Shown here piece by piece: positions 27,246 to 32,000 of a stretch of 32,000 bases of DNA. Position numbers and translations under genes: made by a program. Every line of letters begins with the position of its first letter. The stretch's first letter is position 1. A model generated the notes under the pieces. It was not told the DNA's origin and did not search any database. It saw only the letters and a list, made by a program, of their open reading frames with translations. This DNA comes from Clostridium oceanicum. Lineage in GTDB: Bacteria; Bacillota; Clostridia; Clostridiales; Clostridiaceae. The DNA lies in NCBI RefSeq assembly GCF_039521385.1, contig NZ_BAAACG010000008.1, forward strand, positions 703,438 to 735,437, given 5' to 3'.

Positions 27246-28949
27246 TTAGCTATTTTCTATACAAACGTCTCCCATTAATACACCTTTTATACTTCCATCA
27301 TCATACTCTAATGGTATTGCTATAGCTACACAATAATTATAACTTACACTTGATATATATGGTGTACTAGTATAAACTTTTCCATTTATAGCTTCTTTAA
27401 AATATGGCCTGTGTGCAAAACTATCATTTCCTTTTGTTATAGCTACATTAGCTGATTTCATAATTCCTTCTTCATCTATTACGCCAATATATTCAAACTC
27501 AAAATTATCATCTACATATTTTTTACATAAACCAGAACAATTATCTTTAGCTAACTTTTTAGATATTATATCTTCTCTTACATTTTGAAGAACTTTAAAT
27601 CCTTCATCTATACATTTTTGTTCTTTATCTCCTATAGATACATTAGTTATATATCTTTTAAGCTCATCATCTATTTCATGAGTTGATTCATTCATTTTTT
27701 CAACTAAGGTAGCAACTTCTGTTACAAGAGCAGATTGTTCTTCAGAAGATGCTGTTATTTCTTCTGTCATAGAAGCACATTCTTGACTTCCAGATACTAT
27801 TGTATCCATTAAATCGTCTACATTGTTTGACATTTCAGAACTCTTTTGAGCTAATTTATATATTTCTTCTACTGCTTTATAAGTGGAATTAGTTGAACGT
27901 ATTATACTTTCAAAAGATTCCTTAGATTTATCAGCATAAATTATATCTTCATTAACTTCACTACTTTGTTTATCTGCTTCTTTTGTTATATTAGATATTT
28001 GACCTGTAATAGTTTCTATTAAATTTCTTATTTCTCCTGCTGACTGTGATGATTGTTCTGCAAGTTTTCTTACTTCATCTGCAACTACAGAAAAACCTTT
28101 ACCTTGCTCTCCAGCCCTTGCAGCTTCTATAGCTGCATTTAAAGCTAATAAATTTGTTCTTTCACTTATATCTGTAACAGCATCTGTAATTTTACTTATT
28201 TCTTCTGCTTCTTTTTCAAGTATATTTACATTTTTAGCTAGGTCAATACTAACTTTACCTGTTAATTTAATTTTGTCTATCATAGTATCAAATATTTGTT
28301 TATTTTCTTTTATAATATCTATCATTTCTCCGGCAATATTTTTACTATCTTTAGCATAATTAGCTATTTCCTCTGTATTTTTAGCTAAATCTGTTGTGAT
28401 TTCCCTTGTAGATACTGCAGAATCCGCTTGAGTTGTAGTAGTATCTGCAACAGAGGATACTGAAGATGCTATATTTTGTGATGCTTTTTCTGTATCTAAA
28501 GAATTCTCACTTAGTGTATCTGATATTGATTTATTTTTCTGGGATGTTTGGAGTAAATCTGATAGTATCTTTTTAGTACTTTTAACTACTTTATTTATTT
28601 TGTTACCTATATCCCCTAAAGGTCCTTCTTCTGAAAGTCTAGTAGCAAACTCTCCTTCTGATACTTTTTGCAATTGTACTACCATATTGTCTATAGAATT
28701 ATACATATTTGTAACAAATAGTTTTACTATTATAAAAGATGCTAAAAGCATTAATACAAACACTATAGCCATAAATTTTAAATATTGACCATTAAAATTA
28801 GATAATATTATTTCTACTTTATCATTAGATAAATTAGCAGTCATTATCTTATTTATTATAGATTTAGTTGTAAAAAATAATAATGTATTAAAGCCTAATA
28901 ATATTACTGCAAACAATAAAAAAGTATTTTTTATTATTTTCTGTTTCAA
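27246..28949 (-). CDS. Methyl-accepting chemotaxis protein with a C-terminal Cache/PAS-like module
   Basis: TTG start at 28949 with GGAGG 7 nt upstream. It has two TM segments with only a ~30-aa loop between them, a HAMP-like segment, and the signalling hairpin [38 protein letters not shown]. About 125 further residues carry [21 protein letters not shown]...[11 protein letters not shown]. Confidence 0.88.
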   Translation of the reverse strand: MKQKIIKNTFLLFAVILLGFNTLLFFTTKSIINKIMTANLSNDKVEIILSNFNGQYLKFMAIVFVLMLLASFIIVKLFVTNMYNSIDNMVVQLQKVSEGEFATRLSEEGPLGDIGNKINKVVKSTKKILSDLLQTSQKNKSISDTLSENSLDTEKASQNIASSVSSVADTTTTQADSAVSTREITTDLAKNTEEIANYAKDSKNIAGEMIDIIKENKQIFDTMIDKIKLTGKVSIDLAKNVNILEKEAEEISKITDAVTDISERTNLLALNAAIEAARAGEQGKGFSVVADEVRKLAEQSSQSAGEIRNLIETITGQISNITKEADKQSSEVNEDIIYADKSKESFESIIRSTNSTYKAVEEIYKLAQKSSEMSNNVDDLMDTIVSGSQECASMTEEITASSEEQSALVTEVATLVEKMNESTHEIDDELKRYITNVSIGDKEQKCIDEGFKVLQNVREDIISKKLAKDNCSGLCKKYVDDNFEFEYIGVIDEEGIMKSANVAITKGNDSFAHRPYFKEAINGKVYTSTPYISSVSYNYCVAIAIPLEYDDGSIKGVLMGDVCIENS

Positions 28950-29043
28950 GCCTATTCCTCCAATCCCTTACTAAAATGGTAATTTATATTATATTTCTAC
29001 AATAAGCATTTTTTTTCCTGCTATAATTGAAATATATTGCTAT

Positions 29044-29174
29044 TTTCACAACTAAGGCATATGAAAATTAATAACAAGTCAAAGGTGCGACCTATATTTT
29101 GTGAAATACAATGACTTGGGTTCTGCTGATAGTTGTGCTACCAGTAGGTTCCAAGGAAGAAGTAGTTCACAAAA
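29044..29174 (-). other. Unclassified structured element (candidate cis-regulatory leader RNA of the chemoreceptor gene)
   Basis: This is a visibly G+C-richer island in an AT-rich spacer. Nested helices read on the minus strand are tttTGTGAACTAC (29174..29162) / GTATTTCACAaaa (29109..29097), CTTGG (29155..29151) / CCAAG (29119..29115), and CTGGTAG (29144..29138) / CTATCAG (29132..29126) with loop CACAA. One G-U pair on the minus strand would be an A-C mismatch on the plus strand. Strand and function are not established. Confidence 0.35.
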
Positions 29175-29211
29175 AAACTAGCATACTGACTAATTATTTA
29201 TTTGAATGTGC

Positions 29212-32000
29212 CTAATATATTTCAATAGCTGCTTCTGTATGAAATAAGTACAAATATTTTTCTATAACCTTACATCCAGTAAGTTTTTTTAGTGCTTTTT
29301 CATAATATTTTATTTGAACTTTATATCTATTTTTTATTTTTTCTAAATCATCTACATAATCTGTTTTATAATCTAATAAAACGACATTTCCATTTTCATA
29401 AAAATAGCAATCTATTGTTCCTTGAAGAATTACTCCTTCTTTAGCATGTATACTATCTTTAAGTTGATCATATATTTCATCACTTGAAACTTCAATATAA
29501 AAAGGTACTTCTCTTTTAACTTTATTAGACTTTAATATTCTTTTACCTAAATCACTTTTAAAGAAATTAAATATTTTTCTTACACTTATAATTTCTGATT
29601 GTTTTATTGTTATAAATTCTTTTTTTATAAACTCATCTATTTGATTTTTTATATTTTCATAACTATCCACTTTATTTAAATCTAAATGTTGCATAACTAA
29701 ATGAATTATAGTACCTCTTTCTGCTGCTGTTATCTTTGATGTATCTTCTAAAAATTTAGGTTTTTTTAATGAATCTATTCTAAATGGAGTAGAAGAATCT
29801 TCTTCTGATATAGTTTGAAATTGTTTTTTTATTTCTGAAACAGTTATTTTAGCAGGTATTTTAGATATATCTTTATATTTATATTCATAAGACAACTTTT
29901 CATATATATCCTTTTTATAAATACTCTCTTTTGAATTCACCATACTTGATTTAATTTTATCTATTATATCTTCACTTTCTTCTTTCTCTATTTTATTTAA
30001 TAGTGCATCTTTATTACATATTTCTATGTTCCACTTAGAGTCATCATCTATAAATGGAGATAACTCTATAGGTGACTCTAAAACTTCTCTAATTTTCACA
30101 CTATCTTTATGCTTAAAAACAGCCGCTCCTATCCAATCTAAATAAGATTTGCTATTTAAAATTATATGTTCTTGTACCTTTTCACCTTCTAATGCACTTA
30201 AACACCAATTTTCAACTTTTTTTTCTATGTTACCTGTCATTCCAGTTATTATTAATTTTTCTTTTGCTCTAGTTAGTGCTACATATAATATTCTCATTTC
30301 TTCTGATAAAGTTTCAATTTTCATTTTGTTTTTTATTATGTTTTTCATTATAGTAGGATAAGATATTCTTCTATCAGTATTTACATAGTCTGGACCATAT
30401 CCTAAATCTCTATGAAATATTATATTTCCACTAGTATCTGTCATATTAAAGTTTTTTCCTGTTCCACTTAATATAACTACAGGAAATTCAAGTCCTTTAC
30501 TTTTATGAATACTCATAATCCTTACTACATTTTCGTTTTCTCCTATTATTTTAGCGCTTCCCATATCACCACTTGTTAATTTTAATTTATTTATAAAATT
30601 TATAAAGTTGAATAATCCTTTATAACTAGTTTTTTCATACTGTTTAGCTCTTTCAAACAAGATTTTTAAATTTGCTTGTCTTTGTTCTCCTCCGGGAAGA
30701 GCTCCAACATATCCGTAATATCCAGTATCTATATATAGATACCATATAAATTCATCTATATTCATGCTTAAAGATTTATCTTTAAAAAGATTTAATCTAT
30801 CAATAAATCTTATTACCTTTTCCTTTGTTTCATAACTAATATTTTTTATAAGTTTATCTAAATCTTCTTTTTCATATATAGAATAATAACCATGTATTTC
30901 TTCATTATTAACGTATATATATATAAGTTTCATACATTCATAAAAAGGTATATTTTTATTTATCATTCTAATATCTATTAATTCTTCGTCTGAAAAGGAT
31001 GCTATAGGTGAACGCATAACTGAAAGTAGTGGTATATCTTGTATTGGATTATCAATAATCTGAAGTAATGATACTATAGTTTTTATCTCTGAACTTTCAA
31101 AGTATCCAGAATTAGTATCTGCAAATACAGGTATCCCCTCTTCATTTAATTCTTCCATAAAGGTAGGTGCCCAATTTGAAGTAGTTCTTAAAAGTATTAC
31201 TATATCCTTATACTCTATATTTCTATAAGCATCTAATCTTTTATCAAAAACTTTAAAAGGAACTTCTCTATTTAAAAGTTCTTTTATTTTTTTTGAAGCC
31301 ATTCTTCCTTCTAATTGTATATTGTCTAACACTTCATTTTCATCATCAAAGCTATTTTTATTTTCTAATTTTTCACTTTTATCCATTAAACATATATCTA
31401 TAGCTTCTCCTTTTATTTCTTCTCCATAACTTGCTCCTACTTTTAATTCTTCATCTTCTGTATAATCTAATTCTCCTATATTCTTAGACATTATTTCTTT
31501 AAATATAAAGTTAACACCATCTATTACTTCTTTTCTACTTCTAAAATTTTTAAATAATTTTATTCTTCTATTTTTGCTTTCTTTACTATCCCTATAATTA
31601 TGATATTTTTCTAAAAATATTTCTGGTTTAGCTTGCCTAAACTTATATATACTTTGTTTTACATCTCCAACCATAAATCTATTTGGTATATCTATATTCC
31701 TTTGAGGTTTTGAAAAATCAATTTTATTTTCAAAATAAACTAGTTCCCCTTTTTCTAGCTTAAAATAACAGTTAACTCTAGATACCATATTCATTATAAC
31801 TTCTTGTACTAAATTACTATCTTGATATTCATCTATTAAAACTTCTTCAAATTTTTCCCTATATAAATTAGCAACATCTGAAGGTATTATTTTATTTTCT
31901 GAATCTTTGTCTGTTAAAATTTCTAAAGCTAAGTGTTCTATATCATTAAAGTCAATTACATCTCTTTCTTTTTTCTTTTCATCATATTTTTCATCAAATA
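29212..32000 (-). CDS. addA: AddA (ATP-dependent helicase/nuclease subunit A), C-terminal ~929 codons; the 5' end lies beyond the window
   Basis: ORF track 29212..31794. My translation shows the frame stays open upstream to the window edge (...FEEVLIDEYQDSNLVQEVIMNMVSR...). UvrD-type motifs present are VLIDEYQDSN, FKNFRS, MSIHKSKGLEFPVV and ILYVALTRAKEKL, followed by the RecB-type nuclease motif GTIDCYFYE...LLDYKTD. Confidence 0.92.
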   Translation of the reverse strand, partial: FDEKYDEKKKERDVIDFNDIEHLALEILTDKDSENKIIPSDVANLYREKFEEVLIDEYQDSNLVQEVIMNMVSRVNCYFKLEKGELVYFENKIDFSKPQRNIDIPNRFMVGDVKQSIYKFRQAKPEIFLEKYHNYRDSKESKNRRIKLFKNFRSRKEVIDGVNFIFKEIMSKNIGELDYTEDEELKVGASYGEEIKGEAIDICLMDKSEKLENKNSFDDENEVLDNIQLEGRMASKKIKELLNREVPFKVFDKRLDAYRNIEYKDIVILLRTTSNWAPTFMEELNEEGIPVFADTNSGYFESSEIKTIVSLLQIIDNPIQDIPLLSVMRSPIASFSDEELIDIRMINKNIPFYECMKLIYIYVNNEEIHGYYSIYEKEDLDKLIKNISYETKEKVIRFIDRLNLFKDKSLSMNIDEFIWYLYIDTGYYGYVGALPGGEQRQANLKILFERAKQYEKTSYKGLFNFINFINKLKLTSGDMGSAKIIGENENVVRIMSIHKSKGLEFPVVILSGTGKNFNMTDTSGNIIFHRDLGYGPDYVNTDRRISYPTIMKNIIKNKMKIETLSEEMRILYVALTRAKEKLIITGMTGNIEKKVENWCLSALEGEKVQEHIILNSKSYLDWIGAAVFKHKDSVKIREVLESPIELSPFIDDDSKWNIEICNKDALLNKIEKEESEDIIDKIKSSMVNSKESIYKKDIYEKLSYEYKYKDISKIPAKITVSEIKKQFQTISEEDSSTPFRIDSLKKPKFLEDTSKITAAERGTIIHLVMQHLDLNKVDSYENIKNQIDEFIKKEFITIKQSEIISVRKIFNFFKSDLGKRILKSNKVKREVPFYIEVSSDEIYDQLKDSIHAKEGVILQGTIDCYFYENGNVVLLDYKTDYVDDLEKIKNRYKVQIKYYEKALKKLTGCKVIEKYLYLFHTEAAIEIY

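Noticed and set aside
28950-29211. Calling the MCP leader element a c-di-GMP riboswitch, since these are common upstream of clostridial motility and chemotaxis genes.
   Set aside because: I could not find the class I core (GGCAAAC ... GACGCAAAGC) or a convincing class II core. Only loose resemblances appear, such as GGTAGCACAAC. It needs a covariance-model search and is left unclassified.
29111-29215. A 34-codon plus-strand ORF (MTWVLLIVVLPVGSKEEVVHKKTSILTNYLFECA) coinciding with the structured element. I considered it as a type I toxin-like peptide.
   Set aside because: There is no Shine-Dalgarno sequence upstream of the ATG. The hydrophobic stretch is only about 13 residues, too short for a membrane helix. 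Its G+C-rich codons fit RNA structure better than coding. It also ends overlapping the addA stop.
1-32000. A window-wide search by eye for CRISPR arrays, IS/transposase or integrase genes, phage modules, rRNA and large tandem repeats.
   Set aside because: None was found. No regularly spaced repeats of 25-40 bp appear, no recombinase-like ORFs are present, and all long ORFs are accounted for by the genes listed.

Overview
This 32-kb window is a very AT-rich chromosome segment that looks Clostridium-type (class Clostridia). That guess rests on composition, CWB2 surface-protein repeats and AddA, not on any search. I call 27 protein-coding genes, two of which run off the window edges. I also call one tRNA-Glu(CUC), one TPP riboswitch, several sigma-A-like promoters and about a dozen intrinsic terminators or hairpins. 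The content is mostly housekeeping. In order: PIN-PhoH (partial), a DUF1540 peptide missing from the ORF track, YitT, LD-carboxypeptidase, Nudix, SbcD/SbcC, a small membrane protein of unknown function, a MocR regulator followed by a LemA-TPM pair, and Ddl. Then come a riboswitch-controlled thiD-cytX-thiM-thiE salvage operon, arsR-acr3-arsC, a membrane-anchored SAM methyltransferase, and an amino-acid ABC binding protein plus permease with no ATPase. The window ends with a CWB2 surface protein, a patatin-like lipase, PepT, a chemoreceptor and AddA (partial). I saw no CRISPR array, transposase, integrase, phage module or defence-island signature, and I cannot point to a convincing new multi-gene system. 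The best leads are: (1) an unclassified, visibly G+C-richer, rod-like structured element with competing pairings in the leader of the chemoreceptor gene (about 29044..29174); (2) the chemoreceptor itself, which carries a Cache/PAS-like module after its signalling domain; (3) the apparently co-transcribed MocR-LemA-TPM module; and (4) several orphan or isolated genes and exact repeats in long noncoding gaps. All ORF-track entries lying antisense to these genes are judged to be shadow ORFs.
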